Source: Thiotrichaceae bacterium
GTDB lineage: Bacteria; Pseudomonadota; Gammaproteobacteria; Beggiatoales; Beggiatoaceae
Direction of reading: 5' to 3'
Length of the DNA stretch: 64,000 bases
Assembly (NCBI GenBank): GCA_016745055.1
Contig: JADGDF010000005.1
Span: 489 to 64,488, forward strand
The position numbers were made by a program, and so were the translations under genes. Below are positions 47,391 to 57,867 of this stretch, in pieces. The stretch's first letter is position 1. The number at the start of each line of letters is the position of its first letter. Under the pieces are notes generated by a model. It was not told the origin of the DNA. It worked only from the letters and a program-made list of their open reading frames with translations, and did not search any database.

Positions 47391-47442
47391 GTAGGATCTT
47401 GACAAAATATAGATTTCGTGATTAAATTAACGTTTTACATGA

Positions 47443-47515
47443 GGTCGGATAGCTCAGTTGGTAGAGCAAGGGACTGAAAATCCCTGTGTCGGTGGTTCGA
47501 TTCCACCTCCGACCA
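47443..47515 (+). tRNA. tRNA-Phe (anticodon GAA)
   Basis: 73-nt cloverleaf. Acceptor GGTCGGA/TCCGACC, D-arm GCTC-AGTTGGTA-GAGC, anticodon arm AGGGA-CTGAAAA-TCCCT, variable GTGTC, T-arm GGTGG-TTCGATT-CCACC, discriminator A. CCA is not encoded. Confidence 0.95.
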
Positions 47516-47536
47516 AAGACGCTTTAGTTAATATCA

Positions 47537-47812
47537 ATGAAATATTATTCTGTTCATATTTTTTTCTTACTTATTTTTACTTCCCCATTATTCTACTTGT
47601 TTTTTGTATCAAACAATAATTCCCATGCCATTGCAGCAGTTCAAGCACTGATGATTATGTATGGTGCAATATGGTTTTTCTACGCTACAACGACTAGTGT
47701 TATTTTTCATGTTTTTAGTATAAAAACTTCAACTGTTGCAATTATTCATTCAATCACATTAGTTGTTATTAGCAGTACTGCTTTATGGTTTTTATATGGG
47801 ACAACGTCTTAA
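47537..47812 (+). CDS. Small hydrophobic protein (about 3 TM helices), hypothetical
   Basis: 91-aa ORF, very AT-rich, starts 22 nt after the tRNA. No homolog recognised. Confidence 0.35.
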   Translation: MKYYSVHIFFLLIFTSPLFYLFFVSNNNSHAIAAVQALMIMYGAIWFFYATTTSVIFHVFSIKTSTVAIIHSITLVVISSTALWFLYGTTS

Positions 47813-48047
47813 TTTGTAAATTCCAACATCTTTCCAAAAAACGATTATCTTTCATGATTACTCTGCTGTCAGTTACTTTACCTAAGTAGTAGCTTTCTCT
47901 CCTATTTGACTTCTGTTATTCATCTCGCATAATTTATAGACATTAGTGGGAAAAAATTTGGTGGTTCGTACCAAATTAATTGCCTATAAAAATAAAAAGC
48001 GTATCATAATTACACAATTTTCAGCCTAAAATTAAACTATTTTCAAT

Positions 48048-49292
48048 ATGCATATCCAACGTATTCAAGTACCCAATTTCCGTGTTTTACAGAATGTGGA
48101 CATTACTTTTGAAAAAGAGTTTATGCCCCGTATTTTTCCATTGGGTAGTGAGAATGGTGGTGGTAAAAGTACATTATTGCAGTTAGTTTTTATTTTATTG
48201 CATTGTTCTGCCCACGAGAATAGAAAGGAGTATATTCAGAATTTGTTGGAAGATTTTGATGTACCAGAGGGTGAAACGACTAGGGAATTAGCTAAATTTG
48301 AGATTTGGGATGGGGAAAAGACAGTTGAATTGGCATTTTCAGTTTGTAATGATGATTTTCTCAATGATTTATCTAAAGTTTATAATGAAGAATTCTCATT
48401 CGTAGACCTTGCGATAGTTAGTTTATCGAAAAAATTTGAATATATTAAAAATAATCAAGAAATGGTTGATGTAGATCCGTCAATGCGAAAGCGATTTATG
48501 GCTGCAAAAAGAATATTAGAATATTTACAAAATTATGGCTTATTGTTCATTACCTATTATAGTGATAGTCTAAGTGAATATAACATTTTAGTCTGTTCAA
48601 CCAGCAATCACAATAAAAAAGAGGACTCAGACATAGAAAGTATGTTGCTTGAGATTTCTTCCCAAGTTCATTTGGCAGCACCTTCTTCTCATGTTTACTT
48701 GTTTTTCACACAAAAAAATAGGCAAGCTTTATTTGTGCAAAATGCTTGGAATGAGTATATTAATCAGTTGTTGAAGGCAAAAGAGAAATTACCCAATTTT
48801 TTTATTCATAATTTTTTATTAGTTGATGCACTTTTAAAAACTTTTCAATATGCTAGAGACAAAGACTTTAAGCAAGCTATTGAAACAAATAATTATGGAA
48901 ATTATTATATTAATGTACTAAAAGATTTAAGTTATCTTTTAGGTAATAAAAAAATAACACCCAGCCCTGAATTGGACAGAATTATTGTCAAGCAAGAAAC
49001 ACCTCAAGGAGAGATGGAGTTAGGCCCAGAAGATTTGAGTCATGGTGAAATCAAAAAACTCAGTATTTATGTTTGGTTGAAATATATTATCGGTGAAAAT
49101 GCTATTGTACTCGTCGATGAAATAGAAAATACCTTACATCCTGATTGGCAATATCAAATGGTAGATAATTTAAAAGAGTGGGGGCCAAATAATCAATATA
49201 TTTTAGCAACGCATTCCTACGATGTTTGCCAAGCCTTAACACCAGCCCATGTCAAAGAGTTAGAACCAAAATTACTCAAAAATAATCCATAA
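48048..49292 (+). CDS. ABC/SMC-type (AAA_21/AAA_15-like) ATPase, OLD/AriA/AbiLi-like
   Basis: 414-aa ORF. N-terminal IQRIQVPNFRVLQNVDITF strand pair, Walker A GSENGGGKSTLLQ, signature-like LSHGEIKKL, Walker B/D-loop IVLVDEIENTLHPD, H-loop ILATHS. A ~270-aa insert lies between Walker A and the signature. Confidence 0.75.
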   Translation: MHIQRIQVPNFRVLQNVDITFEKEFMPRIFPLGSENGGGKSTLLQLVFILLHCSAHENRKEYIQNLLEDFDVPEGETTRELAKFEIWDGEKTVELAFSVCNDDFLNDLSKVYNEEFSFVDLAIVSLSKKFEYIKNNQEMVDVDPSMRKRFMAAKRILEYLQNYGLLFITYYSDSLSEYNILVCSTSNHNKKEDSDIESMLLEISSQVHLAAPSSHVYLFFTQKNRQALFVQNAWNEYINQLLKAKEKLPNFFIHNFLLVDALLKTFQYARDKDFKQAIETNNYGNYYINVLKDLSYLLGNKKITPSPELDRIIVKQETPQGEMELGPEDLSHGEIKKLSIYVWLKYIIGENAIVLVDEIENTLHPDWQYQMVDNLKEWGPNNQYILATHSYDVCQALTPAHVKELEPKLLKNNP

Positions 49293-49294
49293 AA

Positions 49295-50248
49295 ATGAGT
49301 CTTTCAGAGCAAGAGCTAACAATCCATTGCCAAAGAATTTTAGAGCAATCCCGAATCAGAAATAAGATTGTTTTACTGTGCGAAGGACAAATTCAACACT
49401 TCAAAACGCAACACTTTTCCCCTCACAGTTACAAACAATTAGATCAATTACCTGATTGCAATTTTTATAAAGCCTGTATTCCACGAGAGTATTCTCCCAA
49501 TTTTTTTCAATGTTTCACTTGTGGCAGTAGAAAAACGGTATTACAAGCTTACTCTAAGTTACAAGAACTACATGCCCAGAATCCTCAAAAATCTTGGTTA
49601 AATCCAGATAAATTGTTTGCTCTGGTTGATTTGGATATTCAAATAGAAAAAATTGATAATTACCTATTTTCAAACACTGAAGAAATTTTTTACGACTTAT
49701 ATCAGGAAAATAAATTCAACGTAAGAAACTCATCTAGCCACCGCATTTTCGTGACAGGACTAATTCATAAAGAAGCTTACTTTTTTATTCCAGAACTCCA
49801 GGAAATATTTGATAATTGTGTACACCAGCCAACATTTGAAAATAATCCACTAAATCTCCAAAATATTTACCAAAAAATGGTTGAAACATTAGAAGAAGAT
49901 AAAGATTTAAAAAATAGTTTTCAAAAAATGGCTGAAAGGATAGCCTATTGTGAGTTACTGGATAGCAACTCAATTGAAACACTACAAGAAACCATTTTAG
50001 ATAATTTGGGAAATTCTCAAGTTATTAATGCTTTGTTAACTATCGCAAAATCTAAATTTTACTGGGAAAAACACATCCAGTTTTCAGAGTATGATAACGA
50101 CAGTATCACTAGAGAAATATTTCGTGAACAATTATTATTTAAAGTTGCAGAATTTTACAAAAATCAGTCAGAAGAAAGTACTTTACATATTCCAGCGTTA
50201 ATTCGCACGTTACATCAACTGTCTTTCACAACCCAATCTACCGTTTAA
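49295..50248 (+). CDS. Toprim-like partner protein (DUF4435/RloB-type, AriB/AbiLii-like)
   Basis: 317-aa ORF starting 2 nt after the ATPase stop. Ordered motifs KIVLLCEGQ (Glu30-Gly), CGSRKT, ALVDLDIQ (DxD), HKEAYFF. The assignment rests on motif order only. Confidence 0.5.
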   Translation: MSLSEQELTIHCQRILEQSRIRNKIVLLCEGQIQHFKTQHFSPHSYKQLDQLPDCNFYKACIPREYSPNFFQCFTCGSRKTVLQAYSKLQELHAQNPQKSWLNPDKLFALVDLDIQIEKIDNYLFSNTEEIFYDLYQENKFNVRNSSSHRIFVTGLIHKEAYFFIPELQEIFDNCVHQPTFENNPLNLQNIYQKMVETLEEDKDLKNSFQKMAERIAYCELLDSNSIETLQETILDNLGNSQVINALLTIAKSKFYWEKHIQFSEYDNDSITREIFREQLLFKVAEFYKNQSEESTLHIPALIRTLHQLSFTTQSTV

Positions 50249-50939
50249 ACACCGAGCGATGTGAATGCAATCTCATTCTTTTCAAAGCACTTACCCATAA
50301 TATAATGATGTAAGGAATAAATAATAAAAATAACCATTCATTTTCTGCCATCAAAATGAAATCATATAGGCCATGTAAAATAATAGGGATGCAAAGTGCT
50401 AGAAATAAATATCTGATACGGTGTTTGGGTTCAAATTTGGCTAGTCCCAAATAATACCCCATAGCAACACCAAATAAGGCATGAGCAGGCACTGCCGTTA
50501 TGGCACGTAGCATACCGACGACCATGCCACCATTATTTGAATGGAAAACGTAAAGTACATTTTCGACGGCAGCAAAGCCAAGCGAGATAAAAACAGCGTA
50601 AATTATCCCGTCAAATAATTCATTAAAATGTTTATTCTTCCAAAAATAGAAAAATGCTATATATTTGAAGGTTTCCTCTGTCAATGCTGCCACAATAAAG
50701 GCAACATAGGCAGCACTGGCTAATACTGCCAAGTCTCCAGTAAATAATTTACCAAACTTCATTTCCCAATATTTGCCCAGCCAAATTTCAACATAAATAA
50801 CGGGAATAACGATCAATGCCCCTAATAACAACGCAATGATCAACAGGCCAATGGGTTCTTTTTCGTACTTATCATGCCAATAGACATAAAGGGCAAGAAT
50901 TAAAATAGGCGCAAATGTAATAAAAAGTAGCAATTCCAT
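50238..50939 (-). CDS. PrsW-family intramembrane glutamic/metalloprotease-like protein
   Basis: 233-aa polytopic ORF. YVYWHDKYEKEP, EETFKY, HALFG, HGLYDF, the signature blocks of the PrsW family. Its 3' end overlaps the convergent ORF 49295-50248 by 11 bp. Confidence 0.7.
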   Translation of the reverse strand: MELLLFITFAPILILALYVYWHDKYEKEPIGLLIIALLLGALIVIPVIYVEIWLGKYWEMKFGKLFTGDLAVLASAAYVAFIVAALTEETFKYIAFFYFWKNKHFNELFDGIIYAVFISLGFAAVENVLYVFHSNNGGMVVGMLRAITAVPAHALFGVAMGYYLGLAKFEPKHRIRYLFLALCIPIILHGLYDFILMAENEWLFLLFIPYIIILWVSALKRMRLHSHRSVFKR

Positions 50940-50979
50940 TGTATTTACCGCAAATGATGATAAGTTATTTGCTTGTTAA

Positions 50980-53688
50980 CTAAAGTTTTCTCGCAACAGA
51001 AATTCGTTCGTAAACTTCAATTTGGTCACCCGCTTTTATATCATTGTAATTTTTGACGCCAATACCACACTCTGTTCCAGATTTGACTTCATTCACATCA
51101 TCTTTAAAGCGGCGTAATGAATCCAGTTCCCCTTCAAAAATAACGACATTATCTCTTAGAACACGGATAGGACTACTGCGTTTGATTGTGCCATCGACGA
51201 CTAAACAACCGGCAACTGAACCAAACTTCGGTGAACGGAACACATCTCTGACTTCAGCTAACCCAATGATTTCTTCTCTAATTTCAGGGCTTAACATACC
51301 ACTAATGGCTTTTTTCACCTCATCAATGGCTTCATAAATCACACTGTAATAGTGTAAGTCGACCTCTTCTTCTTTAATAACTCGTTTTGCAGCCAAGTCA
51401 GCCCGCACATTAAAACCAATGATAATTGCGGCTGAGGCAACAGCTAAGTTTACGTCAGATTCGGTAATACCACCAACGCCACTGGCAACAATATTCACCC
51501 GCACTTCATCTGTTGATAATTTAACTAACGAGTCATAGAGGGCTTCAGCAGAGCCATTTACATCTGCTTTTAATACAATATTCAGATTGCTGACTTCTCC
51601 AGTATGCATTTGGGAGAATAAGTTTTCAAGTTTTGCAGCATGTTGTCTTGCGAGTTTGACTTCGCGATATTTACCTTGGCGGAATAAAGCAACTTCTCTG
51701 GCTTTTCTTTCATCAGAGACAACAATCACTTCATCCCCAGCGCTTGGCGTACCAGATAAGCCCAATGCTTCAACAGGAATGGAAGGACCTGCACTCATTG
51801 TTTGCTTGCCATTTTCATCTAACATAGCACGTACGCGACCAAATTCTTGGCCAGCCAGCAAAATATCGCCTTTACGCAAGGTACCACTTTGGACTAATAA
51901 GGTCACCACGGCGCCACGGCCTTTATCAAGCCGAGATTCAATCACAATGCCTCTCGCCATGCCTTCTACCACTGTCTTTAATTCAAGCACTTCTGCTTGT
52001 AATAAAATGGTTTCTAACAGCGCGTCAATACCTTCACCTGTTTTAGCTGAGACACTAGCAAACATGTGTTCTCCACCCCACTCTTCTGGGACAACTTCAT
52101 ATTGTGTTAGCTCTTGTTTAACACGATCAGGATCAGCATCTGGTTTATCAATTTTATTAATTGCAATAATTAATGGTACACCTGCAGCCTTAGCATGTTG
52201 AATAGCCTCAATGGTTTGGGGCATCACACCATCATCAGCAGCAACCACTAAAATAACAATATCAGTGACTTTTGCACCACGCGCCCGCATTGCTGTAAAT
52301 GCAGCATGACCAGGCGTATCTAAGAAGGTAACCATACCTCTGGGCGTTTCTACGTGATAAGCCCCGATATGTTGAGTAATCCCACCCGCTTCTCCAGCCG
52401 CTACTTTGGTAACTCTAATATGATCAAGCAGCGAAGTTTTACCATGATCAACGTGACCCATAATCGTGACAACAGGCGCACGGGAGACTAATTCACCATG
52501 CTGTTGCATGGCTTGCATCACTTCGTCTTCAATAGCATTTTCTTTAAGCAGTTTAGGCACATGGCCCATTTCTTCAACCACAATAGTGGCTGTTTCTTGA
52601 TCAAGAATTTGATTAATTGTGGCCATTGAACCCATTGTCATCATAGCTTTGATAACTTCAGTTGCTTTAATGGACATCTTTTGTGCCAATTCAGCAACTG
52701 TCAAGGTTTCTGGTAACATTACTTCATGAACAATGGGAGCCGTCGGTTTTATAAAGCCATGCTGTGGCTCTGACGCTTTTGTCCGTTTTTTACGTTTACG
52801 TTGTTTAGGCGCATTGTCAGTTTCAGCCGCTTGGAGTTCTTGACGCCCATACTTTTCAGACTTATTTTCTTTAAGTTTTTTAGTCTTACTTTCTTTAACA
52901 GGTGCTTTAGGTGCAACTTTTAGCGCGGGTTTCTTTTTAGGCTTCACATCTTTGGCAGGTGGTTTACCCGCTGCAGTTTTTTCTGAAGTACCAGCCTCTT
53001 TACTCTTTGTTTGAGTTTGAGGAGGCCGGCTACTTCTATTTACCGTTGTTGTGCCAGAAGTTCTTCGCCTATTGTCTTGCGAAGGTTGCCTAGTTGTTGA
53101 ACGAGGTGAACTTTCGCTTTTAGTTGATTTTTGATCTTTTGGTGTATGCGCCGAAGAAGAAGTTGTTGTAGCCGCTGATTCTGTTAACCTGGTAGCTTCA
53201 GCAGGTTGAACAATTTCTGTCGCTTTCTCTGCATTAACTGGTTTCTTTGAAGGATTAGAAGGATTTTTCAAAGCTTCTTCTTGACGTTTAATTTCTGCTT
53301 CAACTTCAAAATGAGCAGCTTCTAGCCTTTCTTTTTCAGCTTTTAGCCTCTGCTGTTCGACTTCATTAATAACTGCCCGCTTAACATAGGTACGTTTTTT
53401 TCTAACTTCAACAGTAACGGTTTTTGCACGTCCTTGAGTGCTTGCGACCTTTATTTCACTATGCGTTTTACGTTTTAAAGTGATTTTCTTGGGTTCGGAG
53501 GAAGTCGAAACTTCTGTATCTTTGCCATGAATATGCCGGAGATGATTTAAGAGTTGTAGTTTCTCTTTATCATTAATATTATCTTCCGCCGCTTTTTTTG
53601 CTAGCCCAGATTCACCCAACTGCGTCAACAAACGTTCTACAGGAATGCCTACTACATCTGCAAATTGCTTTACCGTCACTTCTGCCAT
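50980..53688 (-). CDS. infB: Translation initiation factor IF-2
   Basis: 902-aa ORF. G domain [21 protein letters not shown]. The basic, low-complexity N-terminal region is typical of IF-2. Confidence 0.97.
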   Translation of the reverse strand: MAEVTVKQFADVVGIPVERLLTQLGESGLAKKAAEDNINDKEKLQLLNHLRHIHGKDTEVSTSSEPKKITLKRKTHSEIKVASTQGRAKTVTVEVRKKRTYVKRAVINEVEQQRLKAEKERLEAAHFEVEAEIKRQEEALKNPSNPSKKPVNAEKATEIVQPAEATRLTESAATTTSSSAHTPKDQKSTKSESSPRSTTRQPSQDNRRRTSGTTTVNRSSRPPQTQTKSKEAGTSEKTAAGKPPAKDVKPKKKPALKVAPKAPVKESKTKKLKENKSEKYGRQELQAAETDNAPKQRKRKKRTKASEPQHGFIKPTAPIVHEVMLPETLTVAELAQKMSIKATEVIKAMMTMGSMATINQILDQETATIVVEEMGHVPKLLKENAIEDEVMQAMQQHGELVSRAPVVTIMGHVDHGKTSLLDHIRVTKVAAGEAGGITQHIGAYHVETPRGMVTFLDTPGHAAFTAMRARGAKVTDIVILVVAADDGVMPQTIEAIQHAKAAGVPLIIAINKIDKPDADPDRVKQELTQYEVVPEEWGGEHMFASVSAKTGEGIDALLETILLQAEVLELKTVVEGMARGIVIESRLDKGRGAVVTLLVQSGTLRKGDILLAGQEFGRVRAMLDENGKQTMSAGPSIPVEALGLSGTPSAGDEVIVVSDERKAREVALFRQGKYREVKLARQHAAKLENLFSQMHTGEVSNLNIVLKADVNGSAEALYDSLVKLSTDEVRVNIVASGVGGITESDVNLAVASAAIIIGFNVRADLAAKRVIKEEEVDLHYYSVIYEAIDEVKKAISGMLSPEIREEIIGLAEVRDVFRSPKFGSVAGCLVVDGTIKRSSPIRVLRDNVVIFEGELDSLRRFKDDVNEVKSGTECGIGVKNYNDIKAGDQIEVYERISVARKL

Positions 53689-53842
53689 ATTAACTTCTCA
53701 AATTACCTGTTTAAGCGTTCAACACTTCAGCATGTTGACTCGACCAAATATGTCATAAAATAAATAAAAACAATTTCATTGCACAGTCGTGCAAATTTTT
53801 TTATTTTATCACACCTACAAAATTAGATATAAAAAACTGACA

Positions 53843-55336
53843 TTAAGAAGCTTGTTTTTCCTCTTCAAACCAAGGCGCTCTGGCTGCCATAATTAACTGG
53901 CTGGCTTTTTCATTGTCAATGCCTTCAATTTCCATTAATTCATCTGTTGATTGCTCAGCCAAATCATTCATAGTGACAATGCCCCGTCCTGCCAATATAC
54001 GAGCAAATGCTTCTGTCATGCCTTCCATATTAAGCAAATCTTCAGAAGGTGTTGTATCGTCCAAGAGCTCCTCGTTTGCAATCGCGCGCGTTAATAAAGC
54101 ATCTTTAGCACGCCCACGGAGTTCTTCAACTGTATCTTCATCCAAATCATCAATTTCCAACATCTCATTGAGCGGCACATAGGCAATTTCTTCTAAGGTT
54201 GAAAAACCTTCATCGACTAAAAGTGCTGCAACATCCTCATCAATAGTCAGTTGGGAAATAAATAAGTTTTTGAGCGTTGATTCTTCTGCATTATGTTTTT
54301 CTTCTGCTTGTGATTCAGTCATCACGTTCAAAGTCCAACCTGTCAGCTGGCTAGCAAGACGTACATTTTGTCCACCTCTGCCAATAGCTTGGGACAATTG
54401 GTCTTCTTTAACCGCTACATCCATACTGTGTGCTTCTTCATCTAAAATAATAGAAATCACTTCAGCAGGTGACATTGCATTAATGACATATTGTGCAGGA
54501 TTATCATCCCACTCAATAATATCAACCCGTTCACCAGCAAGTTCATTTGATACGGCTTGAACTCTTGAGCCTCGCATGCCAACACAGGCACCTACTGCAT
54601 CAATTCTTGGGTCTTGCGCGCTCACCGCAATTTTTGCGCGCGATCCTGGATCGCGAGCAGCACTAAGAATTTCAATCAGTCCTTCACCAATTTCGGGCAC
54701 TTCTAATGTAAATAATGATATAAGCAGCTCTGGTGCAGCACGACTTAGAAAAATTTGAGGGCCTCTTGCTTCAGGCCGGACAAGTTTTAAGTAGCCTCTT
54801 AAACGATCTCCTACTCGTACAGGCTCTTTAGGGATCATTTCTTCACGAGAAATAAATGCTTCCGCATTATTGCCTAAATCTAAAGTGATATTACCGCGTT
54901 CCATGCGTTTCACAACACCATTAACAAGCTCACCTTGTCTGTCTAAAAAGGCATCAACAACTTTGGCTCTTTCAGCCTCACGAATTTTTTGAACAATGAC
55001 TTGTTTAGCGGTTTGTGCGCCAATACGATCAAAACCAACGGACTCAATTATTTCTTCAATAAAGCCTTCTAACTCAACGCTTGGCTGTTTTTCTCTGGCT
55101 TCTTCTAAAGTCAACTGCCTTTCAGGGGAAATTACTTTATCAACAACTTCCCAGCGACGAAAAGTGGTATAATCGCCCGTATATTCATCAATGGCAACTC
55201 GCACATCAATATTATTGGCATGTCGTTTTTTAGTTGCACTTGCCAATGCACATTCTAGGGCATCAAAAATAATCCACTTATCAACCCCTTTTTCGTTAGA
55301 CACCATGTCCACGACTAAGAGAATCTCTTTATTCAT
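53843..55336 (-). CDS. nusA: Transcription termination/antitermination factor NusA
   Basis: [19 protein letters not shown]1 and KH domains ([26 protein letters not shown]), C-terminal acidic repeats. ATG at 55336 preferred over the TTG at 55354. Confidence 0.95.
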   Translation of the reverse strand: MNKEILLVVDMVSNEKGVDKWIIFDALECALASATKKRHANNIDVRVAIDEYTGDYTTFRRWEVVDKVISPERQLTLEEAREKQPSVELEGFIEEIIESVGFDRIGAQTAKQVIVQKIREAERAKVVDAFLDRQGELVNGVVKRMERGNITLDLGNNAEAFISREEMIPKEPVRVGDRLRGYLKLVRPEARGPQIFLSRAAPELLISLFTLEVPEIGEGLIEILSAARDPGSRAKIAVSAQDPRIDAVGACVGMRGSRVQAVSNELAGERVDIIEWDDNPAQYVINAMSPAEVISIILDEEAHSMDVAVKEDQLSQAIGRGGQNVRLASQLTGWTLNVMTESQAEEKHNAEESTLKNLFISQLTIDEDVAALLVDEGFSTLEEIAYVPLNEMLEIDDLDEDTVEELRGRAKDALLTRAIANEELLDDTTPSEDLLNMEGMTEAFARILAGRGIVTMNDLAEQSTDELMEIEGIDNEKASQLIMAARAPWFEEEKQAS

Positions 55337-55384
55337 AGCCGTTGCCTTTACCAATCAATGATTCTTATTTTAAAAGGGGTATTT

Positions 55385-55837
55385 TTATTCGTATATAATA
55401 TGTGCTTTTTCGACTTGTTCATAAAGGAAATGGTAGGTTTTGTCTTCAACTACAAGCACTAGGTTATGATCTTCTACAGCTTGTAACAAGCCTTTAAAAT
55501 TGCGTCGATTGTCTTCTAATGGCTGTGACAATCGAACATATATTTTGTGACCAATATAGCGTTGGAAATGTGCTAAGGTAAATAAAGGTCTTTCTACGCC
55601 AGGGGAAGATACTTCTAAAGTATATTGTCCAGTAATAGGGTTTTCAACATCTAATAGGCCATTTATTTGGTGACTCACTTTTTCACAATCATGTATAACA
55701 ATGCCATCGGGGCTATCAATGTAAACACGTATAAGTAACCCACGTTTACCTAGTGATAAGCGCTCCACAGCGACTAACTCATAGCCTAGAACAGAAATAA
55801 TTGGCATAAACAATGATTGTAAATGATTATCTAACAA
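55385..55837 (-). CDS. rimP: Ribosome maturation factor RimP
   Basis: 150-aa ORF immediately upstream of nusA. GYELV..E.......LR.YID...G....DCE.VS......LD.....I...Y.LEVSSPG..RPL. Confidence 0.9.
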   Translation of the reverse strand: MLDNHLQSLFMPIISVLGYELVAVERLSLGKRGLLIRVYIDSPDGIVIHDCEKVSHQINGLLDVENPITGQYTLEVSSPGVERPLFTLAHFQRYIGHKIYVRLSQPLEDNRRNFKGLLQAVEDHNLVLVVEDKTYHFLYEQVEKAHIIYE

Positions 55838-55880
55838 AATAACCTGGTCCTGATGTTTATTAATTCAATACCTTTACCCC

Positions 55881-55906
55881 AAATAAAAAATGGGCTTGAA
55901 GCCCAC
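55881..55906 (-). terminator. Intrinsic-terminator-like hairpin in the rimP-nusA-infB leader region
   Basis: Minus strand reads gTGGGCttcaaGCCCAttttttattt, a GC stem followed by T6. Lies 44-69 nt upstream of the rimP start. No minus-strand ORF lies upstream of it. Confidence 0.5.
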
Positions 55907-56135
55907 TTTATAAAAAGTCATCCAAACTACATTAACAATTAGATTTATGAACAAAGTTCAGAATCAAGTAACTGGATGCCATTTTGCTAACTAAACTAAT
56001 AGCGTAGTATAGAGTAGATTGTAAATATTCGCAATACCGCAATTTATTTTAAGGTGTTGGAAGTTTGGAGCTAACCATCTAAATCCAGTTTTTACTTGTG
56101 AATTATGTTATTGAATTCTACAATACGAGAATCTT

Positions 56136-56849
56136 ATGCTAAATGACATTACATTATTTTCTGCTTTTTTAACCGGATTAATGGGTTCTGTGCATTGTAT
56201 TGGCATGTGTGGTGGTATCGTTACTGCTTTAAGTATGGGGGTAATGCAACAACAAAGTTTCATGCAGCGCTTACCTTACTTACTTGCTTATAACATTGGG
56301 CGCATCAGCAGTTATATCATTGCAGGCGCTATCTTAGGCTTTATTGGTGCTCAAATTACACAATTATCTTCAACACCTGTACTTATTCACTTATGGGTTT
56401 CTGGTATTTTTATGCTGTTACTAGGGTTTTATATTAGTGGTTGGTGGAAACTATTAATTATCTTAGAAAAAGCAGGTGCGCTTTTCTGGCAAAAAATATC
56501 TCCTTTAGGAAAAAAATTACTTCCCATAAAGACTCCCTTGCAAGCTTTAGCTGTAGGTGTACTTTGGGGATGGTTACCCTGTGGCTTAGTTTATACTGCG
56601 CTTGCTTTTGCATTAGTTTCAGGAGGTACATGGCAAGGCGCCGCTATTATGTTTGCTTTTGCTATTGGCACATTACCCATGTTGCTTGCAATGGGCACAA
56701 CTGCACACTGGTTGGTGCAATTTAGTCGTCATAGGCTAGTGCGCCACATTATAGGATTATTACTTATGGGATTTGGCATCTATACTTTATTAAGTTCAAG
56801 TGAACATGTATGCCACGCATTTTATGGTTCGGATATGTGTTATAACTAA
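56136..56849 (+). CDS. DsbD_2/TauE-SafE-like polytopic membrane protein
   Basis: 237-aa ORF. GSVHCIGMCGG in TM1 and WGWLPCGLVY in a later TM, the paired Cys motifs of the DsbD_2 family, which is often annotated as sulfite exporter TauE/SafE. Confidence 0.65.
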   Translation: MLNDITLFSAFLTGLMGSVHCIGMCGGIVTALSMGVMQQQSFMQRLPYLLAYNIGRISSYIIAGAILGFIGAQITQLSSTPVLIHLWVSGIFMLLLGFYISGWWKLLIILEKAGALFWQKISPLGKKLLPIKTPLQALAVGVLWGWLPCGLVYTALAFALVSGGTWQGAAIMFAFAIGTLPMLLAMGTTAHWLVQFSRHRLVRHIIGLLLMGFGIYTLLSSSEHVCHAFYGSDMCYN

Positions 56850-56974
56850 AATTGCCGAAAGGGACGAAGAAATTTTAAATAATACCAACAACATTATAGA
56901 AGGATTGTAGAGACAATTATTTTGGACTAGTATACAGAAAAAATTGGGAATTACTTGTTAAGTTTATAAAAATT

Positions 56975-57487
56975 ATGAATAAATTATTTAAAAATTGTAA
57001 TCGATTAACTCTTGTTTCTGTAACAACTCTACTCTCTATTATTTTAACATTATTGGTCATTATTATTGGTTATAAATTGATGGGCGTAAAAATACGCCAA
57101 GCAGAAATTATCATTGGGATTTGCGCGCCATTATTAGTTGCCCCAATGGTTACTTGGTATCTTTACGGTCTAATAAAAAAACTAGATGCACTTGAGCAAA
57201 GACTAAGGTTGAGAATAACAAGGGAAAAAGAAGATGTGTACTCGGCTACAATTCATGGAACCCAACATGTTGTGAATAACCTACTAAATGGGCTTACGCT
57301 TGTTGATATGGAACTGGAAAATCATCCCAGTTTTAATAAAAAAATATTAGATATGTTTCATGAAATGTTGTCCGAGTCCAAAAAATTAATAGAGGACTTA
57401 TCTTCAGTCAAGCTGATTAATGCTAAAGAGATAAAAGAATCTGTGGCTCCAAAATCTGTAGTTCCAGGAAGAGACGATAGTTCATAA
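56975..57487 (+). CDS. Membrane protein with a DHp/H-box-like helix, no kinase catalytic domain
   Basis: 170-aa ORF. Two TM helices, coiled segment, then ATIHGTQHVVNNLLNGL, which loosely resembles the HisKA_2-type H-box HRVKNNL. Confidence 0.4.
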   Translation: MNKLFKNCNRLTLVSVTTLLSIILTLLVIIIGYKLMGVKIRQAEIIIGICAPLLVAPMVTWYLYGLIKKLDALEQRLRLRITREKEDVYSATIHGTQHVVNNLLNGLTLVDMELENHPSFNKKILDMFHEMLSESKKLIEDLSSVKLINAKEIKESVAPKSVVPGRDDSS

Positions 57488-57867
57488 ACAAATGTCTTTT
57501 ATGAACAACTTGAGTGGGAAACAAGTAGCCATTTCATGTAGTAGATGTCGTTCGTTCAGTTAGTGCAAAAACTAAAAGGTGAATCCTCATTTAGAGTTTT
57601 GCCAAATAAGATAATATGAAAAAAGCTAAGTAATTAGCTAATGCTTAACTTAAATCTTAACTTTGAGAAGGAAGGCGCAAGAATTAAGCCACTACTCAAG
57701 CCACATTAAACTAATTTTTTCCTCATTTTGAGATTTTTATAGATAATGCTTCGTTACTTAAGGTTACTGTACATTTTAACTAGGTTAAGCTAAAAGAAAC
57801 ATGATATATTTTAAAAAGCAAAAGAAGTTTTCAATGTCTTATTACACTTTTTGTCATTAAATTCACA

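Noticed and set aside
47443-50250. Classical integrase-mediated genomic island at tRNA-Phe
   Set aside because: There is no integrase or excisionase gene. I could not find, by eye, a direct repeat of the tRNA 3' end (GGTTCGATTCCACCTCCGACCA) near the right boundary around 50.2-50.3 kb. I therefore describe it only as an AT-rich islet next to a tRNA.
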